From: Candidatus Poribacteria bacterium
GTDB taxonomy: Bacteria; Poribacteria; WGA-4E; WGA-3G
Reading direction: 5' to 3'
Length of the DNA stretch: 64,000 nt
Assembly (NCBI GenBank): GCA_965205025.1
Contig: CBDBFU010000015.1
Coordinates: forward strand, 32,001 to 96,000
Every line of letters starts with the position of its first letter. Positions within the stretch are counted from its first letter, which is position 1. A program made the position numbers and the translations under genes. This document shows, one piece after another, positions 35,405 through 45,820 of this stretch. The notes under the pieces were generated by a model that did no database searches, had not been told where the DNA came from, and worked only from the letters and a program-made list of their open reading frames with translations.

Positions 35405-35772
35405 AATTATTTCAATGCAAGAAAAGTAAAATAGACATCATTGCTTAGATAGATTATTATTCATAACCTTCAGACTATGTTCATACTAATTTAGACCATT
35501 TATAGAATGTTGTAGTTAATGTTTCTCACGTATTAAGATTTGAAATAGCATTGTACTTATGATTCTATGTCCTTAAATTGTTTAGCACATGTTGACCGTG
35601 AGACTATTATTGTGTATTATATTTCATATTTTGTAAAATAAAAAGACAACTAAAAAGTCTGTAACTTGGAAAAAAGGATTTAGATAGCATTTAGATTGTC
35701 GTGAAATTTTATCATTTCAAGCAAGCAATTGTCAAATTTAGCTCAATTTATAATAGACTTACTTGATATGTT

Positions 35773-35989
35773 ATTCTATTTCTATAAATTATCGTCTCAT
35801 TAGGCGGTTATTATGGTAGTCATTTTTCAGGTCACAAACTGAATGAAGATTAATTTTTTAAATCGGTAATATACGGATGGGTTAACCCCGCCCCTACGAT
35901 AAGTTTATGGACTGGATTACCGAAATACTTACTTAATCCTCATAAAGTTTGTGGTACAAAAAAGAGACATTTTCAATTAGAAATGGTAT
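35773..35989. mobile_element. MITE family A copy interrupted by element B
   Basis: Near-identical to 58387-58500 once 35843-35943 is removed; the right end is TAGAAATGGTAT. Confidence 0.85.
35843..35943. mobile_element. Element B (101 bp), bipartite TIRs, inserted in a hairpin loop
   Basis: ATGAAGATTAA-N9-TCGGTAAT ... ATTACCGA-N9-TTAATCCTCAT lies between CACAAACTGA and AAAGTTTGTG. Cargo includes GGGTTAACCCCGCCCCTAC. Confidence 0.85.
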
Positions 35990-36024
35990 TAGATATTCCG
36001 GTGATTATTTTATGGAGGATGTGC

Positions 36025-36594
36025 ATGTTTGATCAAGTGTTACAAGAAGTGGAAGCACAGTGTAGAAAAGAGAGAATTCCGATGTTGGGACCAGAAAAAG
36101 CGGAATTTGTTGCAAATTGTATTGAGAAGGCGAAACCGTCTTTAATAGTTGAATGTGGTACTGCTGTAGGATACTCCGGTTTGTGGATTTTGCGTGTATT
36201 AAGTGAAGTCGGTTCAGGTCGGTTAATTACAATAGAGATTGATTCCAAACGCGCTGAACAAGCAAGGTCAAATTTTGAACAGGCAGGTGTTGCAGATCTG
36301 GTAGATTCTCGTATTGGTGATGCAGAAGAGGTATTAAAAAGTATAGATGATGAAGTAGATTTTCTCATACTTGACAACAACTTCGACAATTACTTCCCTT
36401 GTTATAAAGCGATTGAACCGAAATTGACTAATCCAGCTACTGTATTGGCAGATAATGTTGGTATAGGGGCAGATGCTATGACTGATTATCTTGAGCATGT
36501 TCGTACCGAATATGAAAGTGAAACATATTGGTTTGATATTGATCTTCCTTGGGTAAAACAGGATGCAATTGAAGTCAGTGTCTATCGTCGGTAA
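36025..36594 (+). CDS. Class I SAM-dependent O-methyltransferase (COMT/YrrM-like)
   Basis: VECGTAVGYSG, ITIEID, GDA and LADNV. Start placed at MFDQ behind GGAGG. Confidence 0.9.
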   Translation: MFDQVLQEVEAQCRKERIPMLGPEKAEFVANCIEKAKPSLIVECGTAVGYSGLWILRVLSEVGSGRLITIEIDSKRAEQARSNFEQAGVADLVDSRIGDAEEVLKSIDDEVDFLILDNNFDNYFPCYKAIEPKLTNPATVLADNVGIGADAMTDYLEHVRTEYESETYWFDIDLPWVKQDAIEVSVYRR

Positions 36595-36617
36595 TGGAAA
36601 TACTTTAAGGAGGTAGA

Positions 36618-39287
36618 ATGCAATATAACTTTACAAGTGTTGCTCGGTTACCTGCCCCAGATGACAACGTAGCCATTGTTACACAAAGATTAGAATCTGG
36701 ATCTCAAATTCAATACAATGGAACACAATTTTCTCTTTCTCATACAATATTAGAGGGACATAGATTTGCTATTCGCTCTATCTCAGCAAATGATCCTCTG
36801 TTGTCCTGGGGATTGCCTTTTGGTTATGCTTCAGGAACAATCAAACCTGGAGATTATGTTTGCAATCAAAAGATGATAGATTCTCTATCAATACGGAATT
36901 TAGATATTGACTTGCCAACTCATCCGAATTTTCTTGATGAAATTATACCTTATAGCTTAGATGAAACTTCTTTCATTCCTGGGAGACAGGTTGATCAACA
37001 CACAGATCCCCGCAATTTTCTTGGATATAGTCGTCCTGGAAATAGAGGTGTTGGTACACGAAATTATATTGCCATTATGGGAACTACAGCTCGTACTTCT
37101 GGATTTGTAAGAAGGTTGGCTGACAGTTGTAAAGGTCTTAGTGATGATTTTTCAAATATAGATGGAATCGTGGCTGTTACCCATACAGAAGGTGGTGAGG
37201 ATAAAACACCGAATAACATTGAATTACTACTTCGTACACTTGCGGGGTTTACAATACATCCCAATATAGGTGCAATACTTCTTGTCGACTATGGAACTGA
37301 ATCAGTAACCAATGAGATGTTAAAGGAATATATGCTGGGTGAAAGGTATGAACTTGAGAATATCCCACATGAATTCTTAAGAATTGATGGTGGTTTTGAT
37401 GATAATATTACACGCGGTATTGATACCATAAATGGATGGTTGGATAGAGTGGACAGCGTTCCTCGTACAGAACAATCATTGAAGAATTTAAAGATTGCGT
37501 TGCAGTGTGGTGGTTCAGATGCATTTTCAGGTGTGTCTGGAAATCCATTGGCAGCTAATGTTGCTAAAGAGGTAATCCGATATGGTGGATGTGCGAATCT
37601 GGCTGAAACTGATGAGTTAATTGGTGCTGAAGCGTATTTACTTCAGAATGTTCGTGATGTTGCAACTGCTCGTAAGTTCCTTAATACGGTTGAGGAATTC
37701 AAGGAACGGGTTGGTTGGCATGGACATTCTGCAGAAGGGAATCCATCAGGTGGGAATAATTTCCGTGGACTTTATAATATTGCTATTAAATCCATTGGTG
37801 CAGCTATGAAACGAAATCCTGATGTTTGCCTTGACTACGTCATTGGTTATAGCGAATTGATGAGGGATACAGGTTACTACTTTATGGATAGCCCAGGTAA
37901 CGATTTAGAAAGTATCGCAGGTCAGGTAGCATCTGGTTCTAATATGATATTCTTTGTTACAGGTAATGGATCTATTACGAATTTCCCATTTGTTCCCACA
38001 ATAAAAATAGTTACCACCACAAACAGATTTGAGATGTTAGAAAAAGATATGGATGTTAATGCGGGTGCGTATCTTGATGGAACACCTATGGAACAACTCG
38101 GCGAAGAGATGTTAGATTTGACAGTGGATGTTGCTTCAGGTGATCTCTCTGTAGGTGAAAAAGCAGGGCACTCACAAGTCTCGTTATGGCGTGATTGGAA
38201 ACAGACGGGACCAACTGACTTAGCTTCTTTGCTTGAGTCATCTGAGATAAAAAATGGTGCCCCGATTCCAATTGATTCTATTGATGAAAAGCAGCCAATT
38301 TCATCTGAATATACTTTTCGTGCTTATCAAACTGATTATGGATTGAGAAGTGATCAACTTGCGTTGATTTTACCTACAAGTTTGTGTTCTGGACAGATAG
38401 CACAGATGATTGTGCGAAAATGTAATGAACAAAGAATTGGAAAAGAACAGGGAATCTCAAGGTTTGTCACACTTCCACATACTGAAGGTTGTGGTGTCTC
38501 CAGTGGACGATCAGAAGAGATTTACACAAGAACTATGATTGGTCATTTGACTCATCCATCTGTATCAATTGGTTTGCTCCTTGAACACGGTTGTGAAAAG
38601 ACGCATAATGACCATGTTCGGCATGAGATTGAGAATTTGGGTATTTCCCCTGATGACTACGGATGGGCGAGTGTGCAGATGGATGGTGGAATTGATTCTG
38701 TGATTGATAAAGTGCAGAATTGGTTTGAGGAAGCGTTATCGGATAAACCATCCATTCCTGTTGTGGATGCTGGTTTAGACCACCTGTGTATTTCCATCAT
38801 GTCAACAGGACAGGTAACCGAGCATGTATCTGAAAATCTGATGGAATTGGTTTACGAAATAACAACTGCAGGTGGAACAGTTGTTGTCCCTGCTAATTCA
38901 ACATTTTTGTTAGAATCATTATCTCTTTCTCCTTCACTTGCGTATGGACAACGTGTTGAAAAGAAGGGTCTGCACATAATGGAAGCACCTACCGACCAAC
39001 CGACTGAGATTCTTACAGGATTAGCTGCAACAGGAGTTGAACTTGGATTTGTCCATATTGTGGGTGCTCCCCTTCAATCCCATGCAATGGTTCCACTTAT
39101 TCAAGTATCTACAGATTCTGTGACACAAGAAAACTATGGATCAGATTTAGACTTAGTATGTGTTGATGTAGATGCGATGTTAGGTTTGATAGTCGAAGTT
39201 GCGTCTCGTGAATATGTACCAAAGTTGCATGGAAAGGGAAATATAGATTTTCAGTTGACGCGTGGGTTGTTGGGTGTTTCGATGTGA
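36618..39287 (+). CDS. UxaA/GarD-family (altronate/galactarate) dehydratase with a duplicated C-terminal module
   Basis: SAF domain (DNVAIV...GHRFA), GVGTRNY, HTEGG, HPNIGA, LQCGGSD, SPGND and FVTGNG. A second HTEGCG...HPSV...GCE module follows. Confidence 0.85.
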   Translation: MQYNFTSVARLPAPDDNVAIVTQRLESGSQIQYNGTQFSLSHTILEGHRFAIRSISANDPLLSWGLPFGYASGTIKPGDYVCNQKMIDSLSIRNLDIDLPTHPNFLDEIIPYSLDETSFIPGRQVDQHTDPRNFLGYSRPGNRGVGTRNYIAIMGTTARTSGFVRRLADSCKGLSDDFSNIDGIVAVTHTEGGEDKTPNNIELLLRTLAGFTIHPNIGAILLVDYGTESVTNEMLKEYMLGERYELENIPHEFLRIDGGFDDNITRGIDTINGWLDRVDSVPRTEQSLKNLKIALQCGGSDAFSGVSGNPLAANVAKEVIRYGGCANLAETDELIGAEAYLLQNVRDVATARKFLNTVEEFKERVGWHGHSAEGNPSGGNNFRGLYNIAIKSIGAAMKRNPDVCLDYVIGYSELMRDTGYYFMDSPGNDLESIAGQVASGSNMIFFVTGNGSITNFPFVPTIKIVTTTNRFEMLEKDMDVNAGAYLDGTPMEQLGEEMLDLTVDVASGDLSVGEKAGHSQVSLWRDWKQTGPTDLASLLESSEIKNGAPIPIDSIDEKQPISSEYTFRAYQTDYGLRSDQLALILPTSLCSGQIAQMIVRKCNEQRIGKEQGISRFVTLPHTEGCGVSSGRSEEIYTRTMIGHLTHPSVSIGLLLEHGCEKTHNDHVRHEIENLGISPDDYGWASVQMDGGIDSVIDKVQNWFEEALSDKPSIPVVDAGLDHLCISIMSTGQVTEHVSENLMELVYEITTAGGTVVVPANSTFLLESLSLSPSLAYGQRVEKKGLHIMEAPTDQPTEILTGLAATGVELGFVHIVGAPLQSHAMVPLIQVSTDSVTQENYGSDLDLVCVDVDAMLGLIVEVASREYVPKLHGKGNIDFQLTRGLLGVSM

Positions 39288-39359
39288 ATTCGTAAATACC
39301 AGTAGATATTTTGAGTCTCTATAGGATAAGATTTAGACTGAACATCAGGTGTCTAATAT

Positions 39360-40818
39360 CAATACCTTCGCCAATTATCCTGTGCTTAGTTCTAACTGTG
39401 TGTGATGAATAGCACCGATAGAACTAAGGTGCTGTGTGATTTGCTCAATAACAATAGGTTCAGGTTTTTGCGGAAGTATTTTTAATGTTTCCTCTAAATA
39501 CTTCATAGCTCGGTATTTTGCTTTCAAATCTAATACGCTACACGCCGTGTTATTAGACCGAAATGTGTTTGCCATTTTCGCACTCACATTTACCATAAAC
39601 AAGGATAAGTTTGCTGCATTGTTCACAGGTGTTTTTTTGACATTCATAAAATCTTCCAACCCCCAATACTGTTTTGCGTCTCTGAAGTTAAACTCTATTT
39701 GAAAACGAAGGGAGTAATAATCAATCATCTTTAGAGCACTCAGTTTTAGGTCAGAACTAAACAATAACACGTGTGATTTTTGTCCTGTCAGCAGATGCGT
39801 CTTGAGAAGACAAACAATATTGAGAGGATCCGCAAACTGCTTATGACGCAAGTGTACTTGATACACTTCGGTTCTGATGTTATCGGTTGTTTCAACAGAG
39901 ACACGCCATTTGTTATCCATTTGTTGTGGATTGAAACGATCCCCATAGAGGGCGCGGCGTCCACGACCTTTATACGGTGTCGTTGGTGGATAATAGAGCG
40001 CAGCATCTGTGCGAAGTTTTGAAATGAGATGGAGACCACATTGTGATACCATTTGTAGCGCATTATTGTGTCCGAAATATCCATCAAGCACAAAATAACG
40101 GAGTTTGATACAATCTCCCATCTGTTTGAGAAATGATTTCACCATAGTTTGAAGTTGTTTCAAAGTATTGCTGAACACAACATCCTTTTTGTTTCGATTC
40201 AGGCTCCCTTTGGGGCGACCACGCCCTCGTTTTGTTATGGCTTTCTGTGTATTCTCCTGATCTTCGATTGCAGACACATCCATATTGGCTGATGCGTTGC
40301 TACGCACGATTTGTTCCATCATCATTGGGTAAGAACACCTGTCTTTGACGCTTACTAAGGACACCGCTAAAAATGACAAACCGGAAATCGGTTTTCCATG
40401 TAATGAGGAGAAGAAGCGATCTATACCATAAGTTTTTTTCCCAGTTTTTGACACCGTGACTTCATCTGCTACAAGGATATACAAACTTTTAGGATCAAAC
40501 AGATATTTTTTGAAAAAGAGCCAACACATCTTTGGCCAAGGGAGATCTGTGCTAAAGAAGCGTTGTATCGTACGATAACTCCCTCCTTTTGATGTCCAAC
40601 GGGAGATATTTAACATTGTGACCTGACCTGTCATCGCAAGCAGGGCAAATACAACTTGACATAACTGGCGGATCATAGTAGTGGATAAACATAGATTAAA
40701 TACAGTAAATAATGCTATAATTTCTGGCATGGGTGTGTGTCCTTTCTAAGTTAAAATGATATTTTAAAACTTTAGGACAAACACCCTTTTTATTCAAGTG
40801 TTTTTGGCGAAGGTATTG
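39360..40818 (-). mobile_element. Intact insertion sequence (IS4/IS701 superfamily), 1459 bp
   Basis: Perfect 15-bp TIRs CAATACCTTCGCCAA (39360-39374) / TTGGCGAAGGTATTG (40804-40818) and a 6-bp TSD TAATAT (39354-39359, 40819-40824). Confidence 0.93.
39375..40730 (-). CDS. DDE transposase (DDE_5-like)
   Basis: LVADEV, VLDGYFG and the Y-x2-R-x3-E-x6-K motif YSLRFQIEFNFRDAK. Confidence 0.92.
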   Translation of the reverse strand: MPEIIALFTVFNLCLSTTMIRQLCQVVFALLAMTGQVTMLNISRWTSKGGSYRTIQRFFSTDLPWPKMCWLFFKKYLFDPKSLYILVADEVTVSKTGKKTYGIDRFFSSLHGKPISGLSFLAVSLVSVKDRCSYPMMMEQIVRSNASANMDVSAIEDQENTQKAITKRGRGRPKGSLNRNKKDVVFSNTLKQLQTMVKSFLKQMGDCIKLRYFVLDGYFGHNNALQMVSQCGLHLISKLRTDAALYYPPTTPYKGRGRRALYGDRFNPQQMDNKWRVSVETTDNIRTEVYQVHLRHKQFADPLNIVCLLKTHLLTGQKSHVLLFSSDLKLSALKMIDYYSLRFQIEFNFRDAKQYWGLEDFMNVKKTPVNNAANLSLFMVNVSAKMANTFRSNNTACSVLDLKAKYRAMKYLEETLKILPQKPEPIVIEQITQHLSSIGAIHHTQLELSTG

Positions 40819-40824
40819 TAATAT

Positions 40825-40968
40825 AACGTGAGTTTGATAAGACACATTGTACCCCGAACTTTTAGTTAACACCAGAGTGCACAAACTGGAAAGTTTGTGC
40901 TACAAAGACTATCTTCAGGACAAAATTCTGTTTATCGAACTGATATTTTTCATTATCAAACTGGCGTT
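40825..40968. mobile_element. MITE-like element F (ends resemble IS982-type ends) carrying the family-A hairpin
   Basis: TIRs AACGTGAGTTTGATAA / TTATCAAACTGGCGTT (14/16) with AATAT on both flanks. Internal GCACAAACTGGAAAGTTTGTGCTAC (40879-40903). The IS982 assignment is from memory of end sequences. Confidence 0.7.
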
Positions 40969-41031
40969 AATATATATTGATAGTGTAATCTTGGTAGTTG
41001 TATCGGTTCGGGTGGAAACCGAACCTATCTA

Positions 41032-41580
41032 TTAAGAGACAATGTTTTTAAATAGAAATTCTTCTGCTACGACAAATCGATCATCGGTTTCGGGTGATCT
41101 GTAGATTAGATATATCGAATCAACTTTAAACTGTATCGGTTTCCAATTTGTTTGCAATCGTTGTTGTTCTTGTGTAAGTGTTTTGTGTTGGAATTGTCCG
41201 ACTGATAGGTGGGGTGTAAAACCATTTGGAAATCTGGCAGTATCGTCGTAATCAGGTAGTTTGTTGATGAGTGTTTTGTGTAAATTCTTGATATTGTCGT
41301 CTGGTTCTGGTGTGAGAAACATTGTGGACGATTTTCTATGTTTGAATGCGTTGAATGTAGATAATGTAACCGTGAATGGAGTATTTTGTTCGGCAGTCTG
41401 TTCTAATGCGGGTATTAATTCTGGAAATTCAGTTTGTGGTGCAAATGGATAGAGCATTGTAATGTGTGGCATCCATCTGATGTAGTTTCTATCATATAAT
41501 TTTCGTATTTCTTGGATGGGTTGTTGTATTGACTCTGGTGGGATTAGAACAACTGCAGTGGTGTGTGTTTTGGTAGGCAT
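41032..41580 (-). CDS. 2H phosphoesterase (2'-5' RNA ligase family)
   Basis: Two HxT/S motifs: PHITM and PHLSV. Confidence 0.88.
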   Translation of the reverse strand: MPTKTHTTAVVLIPPESIQQPIQEIRKLYDRNYIRWMPHITMLYPFAPQTEFPELIPALEQTAEQNTPFTVTLSTFNAFKHRKSSTMFLTPEPDDNIKNLHKTLINKLPDYDDTARFPNGFTPHLSVGQFQHKTLTQEQQRLQTNWKPIQFKVDSIYLIYRSPETDDRFVVAEEFLFKNIVS

Positions 41581-41624
41581 TGGTTAGTAGTAATATCAGT
41601 TAATAATCTTGGAAATGTGGATTA

Positions 41625-42398
41625 TTATGTTTTTGCACATGCCCCACCATCAACGAGGAGTGATGTTCCTGTGATCCATTCTGAATCATCTGATGCGAAG
41701 AAAACAGCTGCGCGTCCTATGTCTTTTGTTAAACCTAACCGTCCCATTGGTGTTTTCTCTAAGGAGGATTGGATTTCTTCTGGTGTGAGATAATCTTGAA
41801 TTGCTGTTTCAATATATCCGGGACAAATTGCATTGACTGTAACACCATGTTTACCCACCTCTAATGCTGTATCTCTCGTCATATTTACGACAGCGGCTTT
41901 TGCGGATGCATAGGCTGGACCTGCCCCACCACCGAAGGCGTGTATTGATGCAATTTGTATAATCCTTCCATGATCCGAATTAACTATATGTGGGATGGCA
42001 AGTTTGGTTGTCATGAATACACCGCGTAAATTTACACCGACAACTTTATCCCAATCTTCTATTGAAATCTCTTGAGATTCACCGGGTATATGTATTCCTG
42101 CGTTGTTGACGAGTATATCTAATCCACCAAAATGTTCTACAGTCTGATTAATCAAGTTTGTTATATCTGCTTCCTTGGAAACATCAGTTTGGATGAATAT
42201 GGATTCTGCACCTAAATTCTGTATTTCTTGTGTGGTGGGTGTTGTGACATCTTTTTCGTGGTATTTGCCTTGAAGTGGTTTTTCTCGTATGTCGGCAATT
42301 ACGATTTTTGCGCCTTCCCGAGCGAATTCCAATGCTATTCCACGTCCTATTCCTGAACTGCTGCCTGTGATTATGCTGATACGGTTTTTAAGAAGCAT
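41625..42398 (-). CDS. Short-chain dehydrogenase/reductase
   Basis: TGSSSGIG, NNAG, YASAK and ICPG. Confidence 0.95.
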   Translation of the reverse strand: MLLKNRISIITGSSSGIGRGIALEFAREGAKIVIADIREKPLQGKYHEKDVTTPTTQEIQNLGAESIFIQTDVSKEADITNLINQTVEHFGGLDILVNNAGIHIPGESQEISIEDWDKVVGVNLRGVFMTTKLAIPHIVNSDHGRIIQIASIHAFGGGAGPAYASAKAAVVNMTRDTALEVGKHGVTVNAICPGYIETAIQDYLTPEEIQSSLEKTPMGRLGLTKDIGRAAVFFASDDSEWITGTSLLVDGGACAKT

Positions 42399-42435
42399 TA
42401 TAATTTTTCCATAAGTGAATTAAGGAAAGTAGAAT

Positions 42436-45400
42436 TTAAGCGTTTAAGTTCGCAACATTTTCAATCTCAGTATATATACTTCTACCTTCCCCGTAATATG
42501 ATTCGTAGATGTGTTGATAGATTTCTTCATATTTCTCATGAAATATCATCGGCTTGTATACATCAGGAAGTCCGCTCTCTAAGATTTCAGCAATTTTAAG
42601 CTCTACTTGAGCGCGGGATTGTTGGTGTTTCCGCCAATCTAAAACCAAACTATTATATTTTAATTCTTCAATTAGTTTTTTGACAGTTGACTTTACTTCC
42701 TGTCTTTGAGGTAGTGTCATTTGAATATCGGGTTTAGTTAGTATGTCGTATATAGCGAGTTCTTCTTCTGATAGTTCTTCAGAATCTGCGCGTTTATCCT
42801 CTTGGCTGAGTTTAACTAAAAAATCGTATATTTTCTGTAATTGCTGATCATCAGTAATGGCTCCTGAATTATATTCTTCAATCATCTTTTCGTATTTATC
42901 TTGTAGGTCAATTCTACTCTTATTGAGTTGAATCATTTCTTTTAATTTCTGCTTTATGATCCCTTTTAATCGTTCTGCTTGTGTCCGTTTATGTTGAGTT
43001 TCAAATCGTTCGAGAAGTTCATCGATATCTATTTGACTCAAATCAATTAGTTGGTCATTATATGAAACTGATTCAGTATCTATAATATACCCATCAGGAG
43101 CAATAGAACGGTCAAGTAAATCTTCTACCTCATCTTCGATAGAAGAGATATCGACTGGACCCCCAAGACTTTTTATTCTTTTAGCTATAATATTGATGAG
43201 CGAACAGATCCCGCTAAATTCGTTTGCTTCGGTGTCGGGTAAGATTGCCTTAAAGAGTTTATTGATATGACGTGCCTGTTGCAGGTAATCACGTTTTGTC
43301 TCATCATTAATTAAGATTTTATTTACTGCGTCATCAATAAGTTGTATCTTCGACATTTGATCTGCATTCTGTATGATTGTAAGGTCAATGTTAATTAAAC
43401 TGCAGAACTGTGTGATTTCATCAACAGCATCTCTTAGTAGATTGATAAGTTCTGACTTATCTTCAATAGGATTTGCTCCATCCCCATTCGGTCCGGTGGC
43501 ATAAATTGCGAGTGCTTTTTCAAGATACCTGAATATACCTATATAATCAACAATGAGTCCGTGAATTTTTTCTTTATATACTCGATTTGCTCTTGCGATA
43601 GTTTGCATGAGGGTATGATTTCGCTGAGGTTTATCAAGATAGATTGTTGAACATGATGGTACATCGAAACCTGTAATCCACATTGCACAGACAAACACAA
43701 TTCGGAATGGATCATCAGGGTCTTTGAATTTTGTTTCCAAATCTTCAGCGTTCATTCTTCTACGATGTGGTAGGATGTCTGCATCTCTCTTTCTTAAATC
43801 ATCAATTTCATTTTGAGATGGTGATACAACTACTGCCATATCTGTATCATCCATATATTGAATAAGAGCTTCAAGCTGTTTTCTTTCGTCTTGTGAAGGA
43901 TTATTGTTTAGGTCTGATTTTAGAGACTGAATTTTCTGTTTCCAGTATTTTTGTACTTTGTCATACATTCTGACAGCAGTGGCTTTGTCTATTGATATAA
44001 CCATTGCTTTTCCACGATAACCCCTGCCGATGAAATGTGAGACAATATCCTCTGCGACCGTCTCTAATCTCTCATCTCTGGTAATGAGATGATATTCTCT
44101 TGCAAATTCCCGTTCGAGTTTTGCTTCCTGATTTTCATCCAGTTCGGCATCCTCAAGTATCTGTTCCAGATCAGAATTTAGATCTTGGTTTGTGAGTTGT
44201 AGTCTGGGAACACGGTTTTCATAATAGAGTGGTACGGTTGCTCCGTCAGCAACAGATTGCTTAAAATCGTATACTGATACATAATCACCAAATACTTCAC
44301 GTGTTCTTTCTTCACCTGCGATAAGGGGTGTTCCAGTGAAAGCGATGAATGCTGCGTTTGGAAGTGCAGTACGCATATTCATTGCTAATGTGTCGTATTG
44401 ACTTCTGTGTGCTTCATCAGTAATTACGATGATATCTGAACGATCAGATAAGATAGGATGAGGTGTGTTATCTTGTGTTTGAAACTTGTGTATAAGTGTG
44501 AAAACATAACGATGATCTTCACTTAGGAGTTGGCGTAAGTGTTGTATGTCTTCTGCGTGGACTTCTTGCTGTGTTAAGACCCCGCTTGTACTTGCAAATG
44601 TCTTATATATTTGCTTATCTAATTCTTGTCTATCTGTTACGACGACAAATGTCCATCTACCTGATTTCTTTCTAAGGACTTTCTGTGCGAAGAAAAGCAT
44701 TGATATGCTTTTTCCGCTTCCTTGTGTATGCCAAAATACACCGAGTTTCCCATGATTTGATTCGATATGATTTAGAGCATTGATTGCATTATTTACACCT
44801 AAGTATTGGTGGTTTTTCGATATTAGTTTTATAGTTCCACCTTGTACTTCCATAAACAGTGTAAAATTCTCTATAATATCTAATAGTCGTTTTGGTTCAC
44901 AAATTGCATTGAGTATGTTCTCTATTGCTACCTGTTGGTTTTCGTTTTCTTTTTCATCTTCAATACGTTTCCATTCCGCGAAATGCTCCCAGTTGGCAGT
45001 GAATGTACCAATTCGTGCTTCTGAACCGTTTGATAGGATGATAAATGCGTTATACCAGAAGAGATGGGGGATTGTGTCTTTGTAATCTCTGAGATTGTCA
45101 TTATATGCGTCATATAGATTTTCATCAATTCGTTTGAATTCCATTAGAATCAAAGGTACCCCGTTGACGAAACAGATTAGGTCAGGTCTTCTGGTATACA
45201 TTTCACCAGTAATTGAGAATTGAGATGCTGTATAGTAATCATTATTTTCAGGATTCTCCCAATCAATGACTTGTAGAATTATATCTGCTTCTTCTTGGGT
45301 GATTGGATTGGTGACTTTTACTTTTACGCCATCTTTTAGCAGAAAGTATATTTCACGATTTGCCTCAACAGAGTTCATTACAGCGCGGGATTGTGTAAGA

Positions 45401-45627
45401 ATTTCAATTGCTTGGTTGATAGCTTCTCTTGGTGTGTTTGGATTAAGGCGTTGTAAAGCTTCTTTAAGTCTATCAGTTAGAACGACTTCAGACTTTGATT
45501 GTCTATTATTGATCTGATAATCTGATTGGAATTCGTTTATGCAATTTTGGGTATACCACCCTATATTCTCAAGGATTGAGATTGCGGGTTGTTCTATGAG
45601 TTGATCTTCACTATAGGGGTTTTGCAT
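42436..45627 (-). CDS. hsdR: Type I restriction endonuclease subunit R
   Basis: RPD...NGVPLILMEFK nuclease motif, HTQGSGKS, DEAHR, FTGTP, TGFDVP and QTIARANR. Confidence 0.96.
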   Translation of the reverse strand: MQNPYSEDQLIEQPAISILENIGWYTQNCINEFQSDYQINNRQSKSEVVLTDRLKEALQRLNPNTPREAINQAIEILTQSRAVMNSVEANREIYFLLKDGVKVKVTNPITQEEADIILQVIDWENPENNDYYTASQFSITGEMYTRRPDLICFVNGVPLILMEFKRIDENLYDAYNDNLRDYKDTIPHLFWYNAFIILSNGSEARIGTFTANWEHFAEWKRIEDEKENENQQVAIENILNAICEPKRLLDIIENFTLFMEVQGGTIKLISKNHQYLGVNNAINALNHIESNHGKLGVFWHTQGSGKSISMLFFAQKVLRKKSGRWTFVVVTDRQELDKQIYKTFASTSGVLTQQEVHAEDIQHLRQLLSEDHRYVFTLIHKFQTQDNTPHPILSDRSDIIVITDEAHRSQYDTLAMNMRTALPNAAFIAFTGTPLIAGEERTREVFGDYVSVYDFKQSVADGATVPLYYENRVPRLQLTNQDLNSDLEQILEDAELDENQEAKLEREFAREYHLITRDERLETVAEDIVSHFIGRGYRGKAMVISIDKATAVRMYDKVQKYWKQKIQSLKSDLNNNPSQDERKQLEALIQYMDDTDMAVVVSPSQNEIDDLRKRDADILPHRRRMNAEDLETKFKDPDDPFRIVFVCAMWITGFDVPSCSTIYLDKPQRNHTLMQTIARANRVYKEKIHGLIVDYIGIFRYLEKALAIYATGPNGDGANPIEDKSELINLLRDAVDEITQFCSLINIDLTIIQNADQMSKIQLIDDAVNKILINDETKRDYLQQARHINKLFKAILPDTEANEFSGICSLINIIAKRIKSLGGPVDISSIEDEVEDLLDRSIAPDGYIIDTESVSYNDQLIDLSQIDIDELLERFETQHKRTQAERLKGIIKQKLKEMIQLNKSRIDLQDKYEKMIEEYNSGAITDDQQLQKIYDFLVKLSQEDKRADSEELSEEELAIYDILTKPDIQMTLPQRQEVKSTVKKLIEELKYNSLVLDWRKHQQSRAQVELKIAEILESGLPDVYKPMIFHEKYEEIYQHIYESYYGEGRSIYTEIENVANLNA

Positions 45628-45645
45628 ACAGGTAGATTTTAAGAA

Positions 45646-45820
45646 TTATTGCTGTGAAATTCTATTTAAGAAGTTTGGTGGTTCAAGGATTTCAATTCCA
45701 AATTCAAACATTGCTTTCTTGAGTTCTGGATCGTCGAGTAGGTCATTATCAGTAGATACCAGGATCGAACAATTAGGTTGGTATCAAAGGCAACTCGTTA
45801 GGTACGTAATCGGATTTCAT
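45646..45820 (-). pseudogene. Internally deleted, frameshifted PIN-family toxin
   Basis: The ATG overlaps the upstream stop. N-terminal RVAFDTNLIVR is joined out of frame to C-terminal ILVSTDNDLLDD...GIEILEPPNFL*; the middle of the domain is missing. Confidence 0.7.
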
